Assembly (NCBI GenBank): GCA_050951805.1
Contig: JBMNJT010000002.1
Span: forward strand, 928,001 to 992,000
DNA length: 64,000 nucleotides
Origin: Bacillota bacterium
GTDB lineage: Bacteria > Bacillota > DTU025
Reading direction: 5' to 3'
Shown: piece after piece, positions 9,447 to 19,370 of the stretch
Position numbering within the stretch: the first letter of the stretch is position 1
Layout of the letters: each line of letters begins with the position of its first letter
Notes under the pieces: generated by a model
Told to the model about the DNA's origin: nothing
Databases searched by the model: none
What the model saw: the letters and a program-made list of their open reading frames with translations, nothing else
Position numbers and translations under genes: made by a program

Positions 9447-9705
9447 CCTTGAGACTATCCATGTGGTTGAAAGCTAAATCAGCTTTGATGTTATCGGCTT
9501 GCCAGGGCTGTGGAAGAGATATGAAGGCGTATCGGGCCTTCACTGCTCCAATGCCAAACATTAACTTCCATTTCAATGTCGCAACGATGTTGCTGAGGTC
9601 GTGCGCCCTTCCATTGCAGCCAGCTCGTTGAGGGTCACCAGTCGAATAAATCCCGACGAGCCCTCCACAGAAGGTGTTTACCTCTTCCAAGAGGAGTGGT
9701 GCCAT

Positions 9706-11787
9706 TTGCCGGGACAGATTGATCCGAATAGAGTCGCTGAATCTGCTGACTGGGCTGAACCTACAGCCCCAGAGAAGGGGATTGTGCGATTTGCTTATGT
9801 AGAGGTGCTGTTCCTCAGGATTGTAGTAATAGCATTATGCATCATGCTCTTGCTAGCAACCTCTTCGATCAAACCGGCAACTGTCGTAGCCATTGCGTTT
9901 GCAATAGCGACGACGGTTGGGTTCAGTGCTATCGGCAACAAGCATGGATACTCGGTGGCAAGTGCTCTTGCCACAGTATTCGATCTTATTCTGATTTCGG
10001 CTACTGTCTTCGCAACAGGCGGTACGTTCAGCGAAGCGTTCCTGCTGTATCTCCTCGAAATTGTAGTTTCCTCTTTCAATACCGGCCTAGCGCAATCTAC
10101 AGTTGTAGGAATCGCATGCGCTGGACTATACTTTCTATCCGCTGAAGCTTCGCAGGCGAACGTTGCCGATATCAGCTGGATTCTTCTGTACAGGTGTGGC
10201 CTTTTCATGCTTGTTGGTTGCGGCGTAGGGCAGCTTTCCAAGGCCTATCAGGGTTCATTGGAGATGGCGACTGTGGAGCATGAGAGGGCACGCAAGCGGG
10301 ACCGTTGGGATCGCACTTTAGCTGATCTCGCCCGGGCAGTCAATTCAGGGCTGGAATTGCAGGCCATGTTGGAAGCGATAATCGATGATGGCCTCGATGT
10401 TCTCGAAGCTGAGGCCGGGATGATCGCTGTCGTTGACGAGCACGGTCGAACTGTGGCAGAAGCTTGTCGCGCTCTGCCCCCAGGCTTTTGCGGCTCTGTA
10501 CTCGAACCAGGGCGGGGTGGAATCGGACTCGCGATTGAGTCTCGAAGGACTGTTGGCATATCCGACTATCAGAAATTCGATAAAGCTCTGCCTGAAGTGC
10601 GCGACATGGGGATTGCCTCTGTTGTGGCTGCTCCGATATTGATGGGCTCAGATGTGATTGGCGGTCTAGCGTTTGGCCATACCGTGCTGGGTATGACCTG
10701 CACCGAAGAGGAATGCGAGTTTCTGGAGATTCTGGCCAGGCAGTTGGGCGTTGTTCTGGGAAACGCGCGCTTATTGGAGGAGGCAAGGCGGAGGGCGGAT
10801 TACCTGTCCACAATCAATGAGATATCAAGGAGCTTCGCTTCGGTATTAGAGCCGGAGGCTCTCTTCGAGAAGATCTATTGCGAAGTCAGGCGTGTTATAC
10901 CCATGGAGTTCTTCTTTGTGGCTACTTATCATCCTCAAGAACGCGAGGTGAAGGTAGCGTTTATGATGGACGAAGGCAAGCGATGTCCGCCTACGCGTTT
11001 CAAATTGGACGATGGGCCCACTTCCAAAGTTATAATGACTGGGCAGCCATTCATCATTCAGCTGGAGGATGAGGATGACATCGAGGACGCCAAATGGATG
11101 GGACACAAACCTGACCCGACGCGATCCGGGATTATTGTGCCTATGAGGGTAGGGCCACACGTTATAGGCGTAATATCTACACAAAGCTACACGCCGGATG
11201 CGTACGGTGAAGAGGAGATAGACCTCCTCACCACGATTGCGGCGAGCGCCGCAATAGCTTTAGAAAACGCACGGCTTTACCAAACGGCGCGCGAGCTTTC
11301 GCTCACCGATGACCTTACCGATCTTGGGAACTACAGGTTTTTCTGCAATGCATTGGAAAGAGAGATCGAGAGAGCTAAACGTAATGGGGGTCCGTTGTCC
11401 CTGGTAATGATGGACTCTGACAGCCTGAAGTACATAAACGATAGGTATGGACACGCCATTGGCGACATGCACTTGATACACCTGGCTGAAACGATGAAGG
11501 CAATATCGCGCAAGTCTGATATTCTGGCGAGATATGCGGGCGATGAGTTCATGATAATACTCCCCAATACTAAGAAGGAAGATGCTAGTGTAATGGCCGA
11601 ACGCCTTCGGACGCGGATCGAGAATTCGCCGCTGTCTGTTGACGGGTCGCTGGTGGTTGCAACTGTGAGCGTTGGGGTCGCTTCTTACCCGGAGGCGGGA
11701 TCCACTGTGGACGAACTTGTCAGAGCTGTGGATGCCGCCATGTACAAGGCGAAACGGCAGGGGAAGAACAGGGTGGTTTGTGTCTGA
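9706..11787 (+). CDS. Membrane sensor-GAF-GAF diguanylate cyclase, copy 2 (693 aa)
   Basis: TTG start after GAGGAG; colinear paralog of copy 1 with the same motifs. Confidence 0.88.
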   Translation: MPGQIDPNRVAESADWAEPTAPEKGIVRFAYVEVLFLRIVVIALCIMLLLATSSIKPATVVAIAFAIATTVGFSAIGNKHGYSVASALATVFDLILISATVFATGGTFSEAFLLYLLEIVVSSFNTGLAQSTVVGIACAGLYFLSAEASQANVADISWILLYRCGLFMLVGCGVGQLSKAYQGSLEMATVEHERARKRDRWDRTLADLARAVNSGLELQAMLEAIIDDGLDVLEAEAGMIAVVDEHGRTVAEACRALPPGFCGSVLEPGRGGIGLAIESRRTVGISDYQKFDKALPEVRDMGIASVVAAPILMGSDVIGGLAFGHTVLGMTCTEEECEFLEILARQLGVVLGNARLLEEARRRADYLSTINEISRSFASVLEPEALFEKIYCEVRRVIPMEFFFVATYHPQEREVKVAFMMDEGKRCPPTRFKLDDGPTSKVIMTGQPFIIQLEDEDDIEDAKWMGHKPDPTRSGIIVPMRVGPHVIGVISTQSYTPDAYGEEEIDLLTTIAASAAIALENARLYQTARELSLTDDLTDLGNYRFFCNALEREIERAKRNGGPLSLVMMDSDSLKYINDRYGHAIGDMHLIHLAETMKAISRKSDILARYAGDEFMIILPNTKKEDASVMAERLRTRIENSPLSVDGSLVVATVSVGVASYPEAGSTVDELVRAVDAAMYKAKRQGKNRVVCV

Positions 11788-11819
11788 CCCTGTCGTGATC
11801 TTATCGTTATGATTGGCTA

Positions 11820-12728
11820 CTAGGTCAGCCTTTTTATGTTGTCTTTGGGATTGCCCGGCAGCATCTGGGCAACAGGAAGTTCGAGGAGAGTATATGCTCC
11901 TGGTTCGCTTTTGAGTGCGGCTCTGAGGCCTCCCAACATGGCTTGTGCAGTGACGGCTGGGTTTGATATCTTCATCTGCCATTCAAGGAGCTGATTGGAT
12001 GCTTCCCCTGCGGTCCCCTTTCTGCTGATTTCTACTGCGTGTGCGCTGTCTGCTAGGGGCGCCACAGACGCAACGGAGAAGACCTCTGTGTCATCATCTG
12101 AGAAATATGGATCTCGGGTGATGTCTCTGACAATCTCCTGGAAAGGCCTGGAACCGTCTTCTTCGACGTAGACCGTTCGCCTGTGTTTGCCGTATCCTGC
12201 AGGCAATGTGATTGAGATCGCGTCACGCACCCCGGCCACAGAACGTGCGACGACTGAGTGGCCCATGCTCATGCCCGGGCCGAAGTTCGTATATGTTATT
12301 CCCCGAGGCGCCATCAATTCCATAAGGGCCCTTATAAGAGAATCGATGCCGGGGTCCCAGCCGGAGGCTATCACCGCAACCGCTCTGCCTGCAATCGCCG
12401 AGGAGTGCAGGGCTTCTTTGTGCTGGCAGATGGCATCTCCGTGTATGTCAAAGGCGTCGACCACGCTTATCCCTGACCGGAGAAGCCCATGCTCCATTCT
12501 CTCCAGCTCCCGTGTGGGCACGCACATCAGCGCAGCTTGAACTCCTCCAAGATGCGAAATGTCGGTGACGGCTGGGGCAGCCCAGTTCCTGCCGCGAATC
12601 AGCTCATCGGAGACGACCTTTCGCCTTACGATTCCAGTCAACTCGAAGTCCGGTGAAGCCGCAATAGCGTCGGCTGCCGCTCTTCCCACTTTCCCATAAC
12701 CTACGATGGCGACCGGTGTGCGTTCCAT
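11820..12728 (-). CDS. ddh: meso-diaminopimelate D-dehydrogenase (short, type II-like)
   Basis: IVGYGKVG, DAFDIH, SGWDPG, TNFGPGMSMGHS. Confidence 0.88.
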   Translation of the reverse strand: MERTPVAIVGYGKVGRAAADAIAASPDFELTGIVRRKVVSDELIRGRNWAAPAVTDISHLGGVQAALMCVPTRELERMEHGLLRSGISVVDAFDIHGDAICQHKEALHSSAIAGRAVAVIASGWDPGIDSLIRALMELMAPRGITYTNFGPGMSMGHSVVARSVAGVRDAISITLPAGYGKHRRTVYVEEDGSRPFQEIVRDITRDPYFSDDDTEVFSVASVAPLADSAHAVEISRKGTAGEASNQLLEWQMKISNPAVTAQAMLGGLRAALKSEPGAYTLLELPVAQMLPGNPKDNIKRLT

Positions 12729-12805
12729 TTAGGCAGGAAGCCTCCTTTAAAATTGCTTGGCTTAACAGGATTATATAGCTGACAGCGTGCGCCGTCCAGA
12801 TTACA

Positions 12806-12843
12806 TGATATAATGAACCTGTGCATGATGCAGTTGCGCATTA
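12806..12843 (+). promoter_or_regulatory. Extended -10 promoter plus downstream ATGC-N6-GCATTA operator
   Basis: TGA-TATAAT (TATAAT at 12809-12814); ATGCAGTTGCGCATTA at 12828-12843. Confidence 0.6.
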
Positions 12844-12867
12844 ACAGACGGATTCGGGGGACTGTAA

Positions 12868-15489
12868 TTGCAGGTCATCGTAGAACGGGCTGAGAGATGT
12901 AGAAGATGTCATGTTTGTGTTACGGCGTGCCCTGTTGGGGCTATAGTCATCAGCAGTGGCGAGGTTCGGTTGAGGCGCGACCTGTGCATCGCCTGTGGGC
13001 AATGTGTGAAGGCCTGTCCCAACGGCGCACTGGCCATTAGGGATCAGGGCGAGGATGTAATGGCCCTCATAGGGAATGGACGCACTGTCGCGATATTGGA
13101 TCCTAGTTTTCCGGGGGCTTTTCCTCAATCCGATCCGCTCTGCCTAATTGGCGCCCTCAGAGAGCTGGGTTTCAGCTCTATATGGGAGGCATCGTTCGGC
13201 GCTGAGTCCCTGCTTCCGTACTACGCCGACTATGTGAAGGCACATTCGGAGGAATCGGGCCGGTCGGTTGCGTTTGCATCTATGTGCCCTGCTGTAGTTG
13301 CCTTTATTGAACATTGCCGTCCTGAGCTTGCTGGTAATCTAGTCCCTCTTGTTTCTCCAACTGTAGCCGCGTCTCGTGTGGCTAGGGCTTTGGGGGAAAA
13401 GAGGGTCGTTTTTATTGGTCCATGTCCTGCAGAAAAACTTGAAGCCGGTTTTGGGGGCGTGCCCGGAGGGCCGAATATTGCGATTACTTATGCAGAATTA
13501 TCGCGTTTGCTTGATAATGTAGGAGTATCTGTGGATCAATGCCCTGCCTCGCTTCCTGATGTAAGGGCAAGCGGCGCTGGTCGCATGCTTGGATTGCCGG
13601 CGGGGTTGCTTCGGGCCCTCAGAATTAGGGATGATGTTGCGCCGCCCGGCATCTTGCTTGCAGAAGGCAAAGAAGAGTGCCTGAAACTGGTGGAAGCTTC
13701 GCTGTCGGGTGCATTAGGCGGTTCATTTGTCGTAGCATCGATCTGCCGTAGCTGCGTGGATGGGACTGGTTTTCCAGAAGGTGCTTCTTTGTGGGATAGA
13801 AGGAGAGCCGTGGTTGACTACATTAAGGAAGCAAGTTCTGTGGGCAGCATGGAAGTGGATGGCGCTTTGCGCGCTGTGTCTGCGTCAGCCGATTTCAAGA
13901 GGCGTTACTTGCCTAGAAAGATTCCTCTCGCGCCAAAAGAGACTGATGTGCGCACGGCGTTGCTCGGCATGGGAATGAGGAGCCCGGAGGACGAACTAGA
14001 CTGCGGGCTATGCGGATTCCAGTCCTGCCGCGAAAGGGCAATTGCGGTGGCGCGAGGGACGACTGAGGCCAGTGAGTGTTTTCCGCGCAGGAATGCAAGG
14101 TTATCTGAGGAATGTGCCCGTCTGAGTCAGCTTGCGTCCGACCTTGATTCAATCGTAAATACTTCCTGCGAGATCTCCTATGTCTGCGATCCGGATGGCT
14201 GGATAGTAAGGGCAAGCAGAGCGGCTAACGACATTATCGGTGTAGAGAATGCGAATCTGCACAAGGTTAACATGAAGAATCTTCCTCGCAGACTATGCCC
14301 TGATGTTGCGATCCAGGCTTTGCACGAGGTCAAGCGAGTGATGGCCATTAGGGATTTGCCAGGCGGGCATAGGTTGCTTGCGGCGGCCTCCCCCATACTT
14401 GATGGCGACGGGGCCTGTAGAGGCGTTGCGGCGACGATAACGGATCTGAGCGGGGCAGCCTTGGAGATCAATACAACTCCCACGGCCAGCAGCTTCGCGA
14501 CTGACGCTGATTCCGAGGACATGGTAGCCTACAGTCCTGCTATGGAAGAGCTCCTCACCTTAGTTCATAAAGTAGCCAACGTATCGTCAACTGTGCTTAT
14601 TACCGGAGAGTCTGGCGTGGGCAAAGAGGTTGTGGCGAGGTATATTCATAGGACGGGAAACAGGGCATCGGGGCCTTTTGTCAAGATAAACTGCGCTGCA
14701 ATACCACATACGCTTCTTGAGTCAGAGTTGTTCGGGTATGAGGAAGGGGCCTTTACTGGAGCACGGAAGAGCGGCAAGCCTGGTCTAATCCAACTGGCTT
14801 CTGGAGGCACTCTTTTTCTAGATGAGATTTCAGAGATGCCCCTGGGAATCCAAGCCAAGCTTCTTCAAGTTCTGCAGGAAAAATGTCTTGTCCGAGTGGG
14901 CGGTACTGAGCAAATCAGGGTGGATGCGCGGATCATGGCAGCCACAAATAGGGATCTGAGGGCTGCGGTGAAAGAGGGACGGTTCCGTGGAGATCTCTAC
15001 TTCAGACTCAATGTCATACCTATCCGGGTTCCGCCACTTAGGGAGAGATCTGGCGATATCGCGCCTCTAACCTATCACTTTATTGAAAAGTGGGATAGCA
15101 GATACGGGCGGAATCATCAGATTTCACGGGAGGCCTGCTCGCTTTTGGAATGCTATAGATGGCCTGGCAACGTTAGGGAACTCGAGAATCTTATAGAGTT
15201 TCTTGTAGTTACTGTTGATGACCCCGTTATCCTGCCTGAACATCTTCCACAGCACGTTGTGGCAGGGGAGGGCGAGAGAGATGTCCAGGTGAGCGTGTCA
15301 GGGATCATGCCTCTCCGTCAGGCTGTGGAGGAAGTTGAACGCCAGCTGATTGCTCTCGCCGCTGAAGCATGCTCTACCACCTATTCCATGGCCAAAGCTT
15401 TGGGGGTTAACCAGTCGACTGTAGTGAGAAAAATGCAGAAGTACATGGAGACTCCCGAGGAGGAGGCAGAGGAGACCGGGAACGTGTAA
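12868..15489 (+). CDS. Sensory [FeFe]-hydrogenase-like/FeS/PAS sigma54-dependent activator
   Basis: Two CxxCxxCxxxCP; ASMCPA, GPCPAEKLE, ICRSCVDG; LDCGLCGFQSC; PAS-like region; GESGVGKE, GAFTGA, LFLDEI, WPGNVREL; TyrR-type HTH. Confidence 0.88.
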   Translation: MQVIVERAERCRRCHVCVTACPVGAIVISSGEVRLRRDLCIACGQCVKACPNGALAIRDQGEDVMALIGNGRTVAILDPSFPGAFPQSDPLCLIGALRELGFSSIWEASFGAESLLPYYADYVKAHSEESGRSVAFASMCPAVVAFIEHCRPELAGNLVPLVSPTVAASRVARALGEKRVVFIGPCPAEKLEAGFGGVPGGPNIAITYAELSRLLDNVGVSVDQCPASLPDVRASGAGRMLGLPAGLLRALRIRDDVAPPGILLAEGKEECLKLVEASLSGALGGSFVVASICRSCVDGTGFPEGASLWDRRRAVVDYIKEASSVGSMEVDGALRAVSASADFKRRYLPRKIPLAPKETDVRTALLGMGMRSPEDELDCGLCGFQSCRERAIAVARGTTEASECFPRRNARLSEECARLSQLASDLDSIVNTSCEISYVCDPDGWIVRASRAANDIIGVENANLHKVNMKNLPRRLCPDVAIQALHEVKRVMAIRDLPGGHRLLAAASPILDGDGACRGVAATITDLSGAALEINTTPTASSFATDADSEDMVAYSPAMEELLTLVHKVANVSSTVLITGESGVGKEVVARYIHRTGNRASGPFVKINCAAIPHTLLESELFGYEEGAFTGARKSGKPGLIQLASGGTLFLDEISEMPLGIQAKLLQVLQEKCLVRVGGTEQIRVDARIMAATNRDLRAAVKEGRFRGDLYFRLNVIPIRVPPLRERSGDIAPLTYHFIEKWDSRYGRNHQISREACSLLECYRWPGNVRELENLIEFLVVTVDDPVILPEHLPQHVVAGEGERDVQVSVSGIMPLRQAVEEVERQLIALAAEACSTTYSMAKALGVNQSTVVRKMQKYMETPEEEAEETGNV

Positions 15490-15647
15490 TGCGTTTGGGC
15501 ATTAATCGATGCGACACAGCATTAAGCTTTGCAAAGGCAAGCAGAGTAAGATAATATAGGCCGTGAGCAGGGATGTCGTGCGGACAAACGAAGGAGACAT
15601 GTGGGCACAAATGTGAAAAGGATCACGACTGATGCACAAGCGCATTA
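15489..15647. promoter_or_regulatory. Three ATGC-N6-GCATTA palindromes (candidate activator-binding sites)
   Basis: 15489-15504, 15509-15524 and 15632-15647. Confidence 0.65.
15611..15628. promoter_or_regulatory. Rex-like (or Crp-family) box
   Basis: ATGTGAAAAGGATCACGA versus TTGTGAANNNNTTCACAA, 3 mismatches. Confidence 0.4.
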
Positions 15648-15699
15648 GCGAGATTATACTCTGAAAACAAAAGCGCAGGTAGGTTGCTTAAGATCCGCG

Positions 15700-15715
15700 T
15701 GGCATGGAATATGCA
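15700..15715 (+). promoter_or_regulatory. Sigma54 -24/-12 promoter of the hyd operon
   Basis: TGGCATGGAATATGCA (GG-N10-GC), about 50 bp upstream of hydC. Confidence 0.75.
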
Positions 15716-15763
15716 TTGATATAATATCGGCCATCATGGCCGGCAGAGGAGGTTGAAAGGTCG

Positions 15764-16258
15764 ATGGGTTGCTGTGAATCCAAGTGCGTCGGCGATATCA
15801 CGCCTGAGCAGTGGGCTCAGGTAGATGGGACAATCGCCAAGTACAAGGGCCAGCGCGGAATCTTGATCCCGTGTCTGCACGAGATTCAAGAAGTGGTGGG
15901 CTACCTTCCCCTGGAGGTTCAGGAGAGGGTGGCTGCGGGACTCAATGTTCCGTTGGCTGACGTCTATAGCGTCGTTACCTTCTACGCGCTGTTTTCCACC
16001 AAGCCCAAGGGCAAACATCAGGTAGGAGTCTGCCTGGGAACAGCGTGCTACGTGCGTGGAGGCGACAAGATTCTCGAAAAGGTAGAACAGGCGCTGGGGA
16101 TCAAGGCTGGAGACACAACTGATGACAGGATGTTCTCGATTCAGGTGATGAGGTGTATTGGCGCCTGCGGTCTTGGCCCAGTCATGACGGTTGATGATGA
16201 CATCTATGCGCGCATCAAGCCCGACCGCGTGGCTGAGGTTTTGGCGAAGTATTCCTGA
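15764..16258 (+). CDS. hydC: NuoE-like [2Fe-2S] hydrogenase subunit
   Basis: [11 protein letters not shown] and [10 protein letters not shown]. Confidence 0.9.
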   Translation: MGCCESKCVGDITPEQWAQVDGTIAKYKGQRGILIPCLHEIQEVVGYLPLEVQERVAAGLNVPLADVYSVVTFYALFSTKPKGKHQVGVCLGTACYVRGGDKILEKVEQALGIKAGDTTDDRMFSIQVMRCIGACGLGPVMTVDDDIYARIKPDRVAEVLAKYS

Positions 16259-16296
16259 TAAGGATGGCAGAGCAAGGGAACGAGGGAGGAATACGA

Positions 16297-19200
16297 ATGG
16301 ATTTGGTTAGAGCGCACGTCCTTGTTTGCGGCGGCGCAGCCTGTGTGTCCTCCGGGTGTGCAGAGGTTCGCGAGGCTCTGGAGGCTGAAATAGCCGCGAA
16401 AGGCATTGGGCGCGAGATTAAAGTTGTCGTCACAGGATGCATGGGACCATGCGATCTTGGTCCGATAATCGTTGTTTATCCTGAAGGCGTTCTTTACTGC
16501 AATTGTACGCCTGATGATGCCAGGGAGATAGTTGATGAGCATCTTGTGAAAGGCAGGATTGTAAGTCGACTCCTTTATGAGGAACCGATGACATCGGAAA
16601 AGGTGGAAACTCAGGAAGGCATGACTTTCTTCAGCCGGCAGGAACGAATAGCTCTCCGAAACACCGGAGTAATCGATCCGCTGGAGATAGATGAGTATAT
16701 TGCCAGAGACGGTTATGCCGCCTTGGGCAAGGCTCTTACAGAGATGACGCCTGACGATGTAGTCGATGTGATAAAGCGTTCGGGCCTCAGGGGCCGGGGT
16801 GGCGCTGGGTTCCCCACAGGGACTAAGTGGCTGCTGACAGCCAAGGCGCCGGGTTCTCCAAAATACGTGGTGTGTAATGCGGACGAGGGAGACCCAGGTG
16901 CTTTCATGGACAGGTCAGTGCTGGAAGGCGATCCCCATGCAGTGCTGGAGGCCATGACGATTGCAGGCTATGCGGTTGGTGCAAACCAGGGCTATATATA
17001 CGTAAGGGCAGAGTATCCTTTGGCCGTTGAGCACCTGCAACATGCGATAGGACAAGCGCGCGAATACGGCTTGCTGGGCAAGGATATTCTCGGATCGGGA
17101 TTCGATTTCGATATCGACCTCCGGGTTGGGGCAGGCGCTTTTGTGTGCGGTGAGGAAACCGCTCTTCTGGCGTCTATAGAGAGTCGGCGAGGCGAGCCGA
17201 GGCCGAGGCCTCCATATCCTGCTCAGTCAGGTCTGTGGGGGCAGCCGACGTTGATAAACAACGTTGAAACATATGCCAACATTGCGCCGATTATTCTCAA
17301 AGGCCCAGAATGGTTTTCATCTATCGGGACCGAAAAGAGCAAGGGCACAAAGGTATTTGCTCTTGCAGGCAAGATAAACAACACGGGACTTGTGGAAGTC
17401 CCGATGGGGACGCCACTGGGCGACATTATCTTCGACATAGGCGGAGGCATCCCCAATGGCAAGAAGTTCAAGGCCGCACAGACCGGAGGTCCCTCCGGAG
17501 GATGCATCCCTGCTCAGTATCTAAACACACCCATCGATTACGAATCCCTGAAAGAACTGGGCACGATGATGGGCTCAGGAGGGCTCATTGTCATGGATGA
17601 GGACACCTGTATGGTTGACCTCGCTAAGTTCTTCATGCAATTCATACAGGATGAGTCATGCGGGAAATGTGCGCCTTGTCGGATAGGCACCAAGCGGATG
17701 CTTGAGATCCTCGATCGCATAACTAAGGGACAGGGTAGGGAAGGCGACGTCGAGCTCCTGATGGAACTGGGAGAGCAGATCATGGCTACTGCCATGTGTG
17801 GCCTGGGACAGAGCGCTCCCAACCCGGTTTTGTCCACAATTCGCTACTTCCGCGATGAGTATGACGCTCACATCAAAGACCACAAGTGCCCGGCGTCATC
17901 GTGCGCGGCACTCTTCTACTCCCCGTGCCAGAACTCATGCCCTGCTGATGTAGATGTGCCTCGCTACATTGCTCTGATAAAGGAACGGAAGTTCGCTGAA
18001 GCGGCTGCGCTGATCCGTTCCAAGAACCCGTTCCCCGCTATCTGTGGGCGGGTCTGCGACCACCCGTGCGAATCCAAGTGCAGACGTGCTACATTCGACG
18101 AGCCTGTAGCGATCAAGTCTCTCAAGAGATTTGCTGCGGATTGGGAGAAGAAACATGGCGTGTCACCTGTGGCGGAGCACAAGCCGCCGACAGGGAAACG
18201 CGTTGCAATAGTGGGTGCCGGTCCCGCGGGCCTTAGCGCCGCCTACTATCTCGCACTAGCCGGGCACAAGGTTACTGTGTTCGAGGCTTTGCCTGTCGCC
18301 GGCGGCATGCTGGCTGTAGGGATCCCCGAGTACAGGCTCCCCAAGGATATCTTGGAATGGGAAATCGAGGTAATCAAGAAGGCAGGCGTGGAGATACGAA
18401 CAAATACCCGGATCGGAGAAGACATAAAACTTGACGAGTTGTCATCGAAATACGATGCCTTGTTCATAGCGGTTGGTGCTCATAATGAAGTGAAGATGGA
18501 CGTTCCCGGGGAGGATTTCGAAGGAGTCATGCCTGCAGTGGCTTTCCTCCGAGATGTGGCGCTCGGCAAGCCTGTTCAGGTGGGAAAGAAGGTGGCGGTC
18601 GTTGGCGGCGGAAACGCTGCGATCGATGCGGCTCGCACGGCGCGGCGAATGGGCGCCGAAGAGGTTCACATCCTTTACCGCAGACTCCGGGCGGATATGC
18701 CTGCTGATGCAGGCGAGATTGAGGCTGCCGAGGAAGAGGGCATCCACATCCACTACCTAACCGCCCCTACCAGGATCATTGGCCGGGACGGGAAGGTGGC
18801 TCAGATCGAGTGCGTCAGGATGAAGCTTGGCGAGTTCGACAAGTCGGGTAGAAGGCGCCCAATTCCTGTGGATGCATCGCGCACGATAGTCGACATCGAT
18901 ACCGTCATACCCGCTATTGGGCAGGCAGTCGACACATCGTTCATAATGCCGCTGTCTGATACGGGAGAAAGTCTCTTTACGACGAAATCGGGCTTGCTCA
19001 TCACGGACCCTGATTCGTTGGAGACCAATGTTCCCGGGATCTTTGCGGGCGGGGATTGCGTGACGGGACCATGGAGTGTCGTGGCTGCGATTGGCGCAGG
19101 ACGCGAGGCAGCATACAGCATAGACAGGTTTCTCGGGGGCGATGCCTGGATTGGAGCTCATGCCGAAATCGAGCGCTGCTTAGTCGGCGAACCGATCGAG

Positions 19201-19344
19201 GAGGAGTGCAAGCGTTGTCCGATGCCGGAATTGCCCGTCTCTGAGCGCGCAAGGAACTTCAAGGAAGTCGAACTTGGATTCACAGAGGACATGGCGGTGG
19301 CGGAAGCTGCTCGCTGCTTCCAGTGTGACGTCCGCGAGCCGTAA
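16297..19344 (+). CDS. hydB: NuoF-like HydB fused to a GltD-like FAD/NADPH oxidoreductase module
   Basis: N-terminal 2Fe-2S; [41 protein letters not shown]; then [34 protein letters not shown]. Confidence 0.88.
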   Translation: MDLVRAHVLVCGGAACVSSGCAEVREALEAEIAAKGIGREIKVVVTGCMGPCDLGPIIVVYPEGVLYCNCTPDDAREIVDEHLVKGRIVSRLLYEEPMTSEKVETQEGMTFFSRQERIALRNTGVIDPLEIDEYIARDGYAALGKALTEMTPDDVVDVIKRSGLRGRGGAGFPTGTKWLLTAKAPGSPKYVVCNADEGDPGAFMDRSVLEGDPHAVLEAMTIAGYAVGANQGYIYVRAEYPLAVEHLQHAIGQAREYGLLGKDILGSGFDFDIDLRVGAGAFVCGEETALLASIESRRGEPRPRPPYPAQSGLWGQPTLINNVETYANIAPIILKGPEWFSSIGTEKSKGTKVFALAGKINNTGLVEVPMGTPLGDIIFDIGGGIPNGKKFKAAQTGGPSGGCIPAQYLNTPIDYESLKELGTMMGSGGLIVMDEDTCMVDLAKFFMQFIQDESCGKCAPCRIGTKRMLEILDRITKGQGREGDVELLMELGEQIMATAMCGLGQSAPNPVLSTIRYFRDEYDAHIKDHKCPASSCAALFYSPCQNSCPADVDVPRYIALIKERKFAEAAALIRSKNPFPAICGRVCDHPCESKCRRATFDEPVAIKSLKRFAADWEKKHGVSPVAEHKPPTGKRVAIVGAGPAGLSAAYYLALAGHKVTVFEALPVAGGMLAVGIPEYRLPKDILEWEIEVIKKAGVEIRTNTRIGEDIKLDELSSKYDALFIAVGAHNEVKMDVPGEDFEGVMPAVAFLRDVALGKPVQVGKKVAVVGGGNAAIDAARTARRMGAEEVHILYRRLRADMPADAGEIEAAEEEGIHIHYLTAPTRIIGRDGKVAQIECVRMKLGEFDKSGRRRPIPVDASRTIVDIDTVIPAIGQAVDTSFIMPLSDTGESLFTTKSGLLITDPDSLETNVPGIFAGGDCVTGPWSVVAAIGAGREAAYSIDRFLGGDAWIGAHAEIERCLVGEPIEEECKRCPMPELPVSERARNFKEVELGFTEDMAVAEAARCFQCDVREP

Positions 19345-19370
19345 GACCACGAGAATGGAGTGTGATAGGA

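Larger units (their letters stand above)
7322..11789 (+). repeat. Tandem gene duplication, coding offset 2341 bp
   Basis: Shared upstream AAGGTGTTTA and downstream GTGTCTGACC; 8883-9229 reads identical to 11224-11570. Confidence 0.9.

Noticed and set aside
9379-9705. ORFs in the spacer between the cyclases, and the long 9601 start
   Set aside because: No recognisable motifs; paralog alignment and RBS put the start at 9706
7365-11787. Diversity-generating retroelement TR/VR pair
   Set aside because: Differences are not adenine-specific, both copies are full genes, and there is no RT in the window
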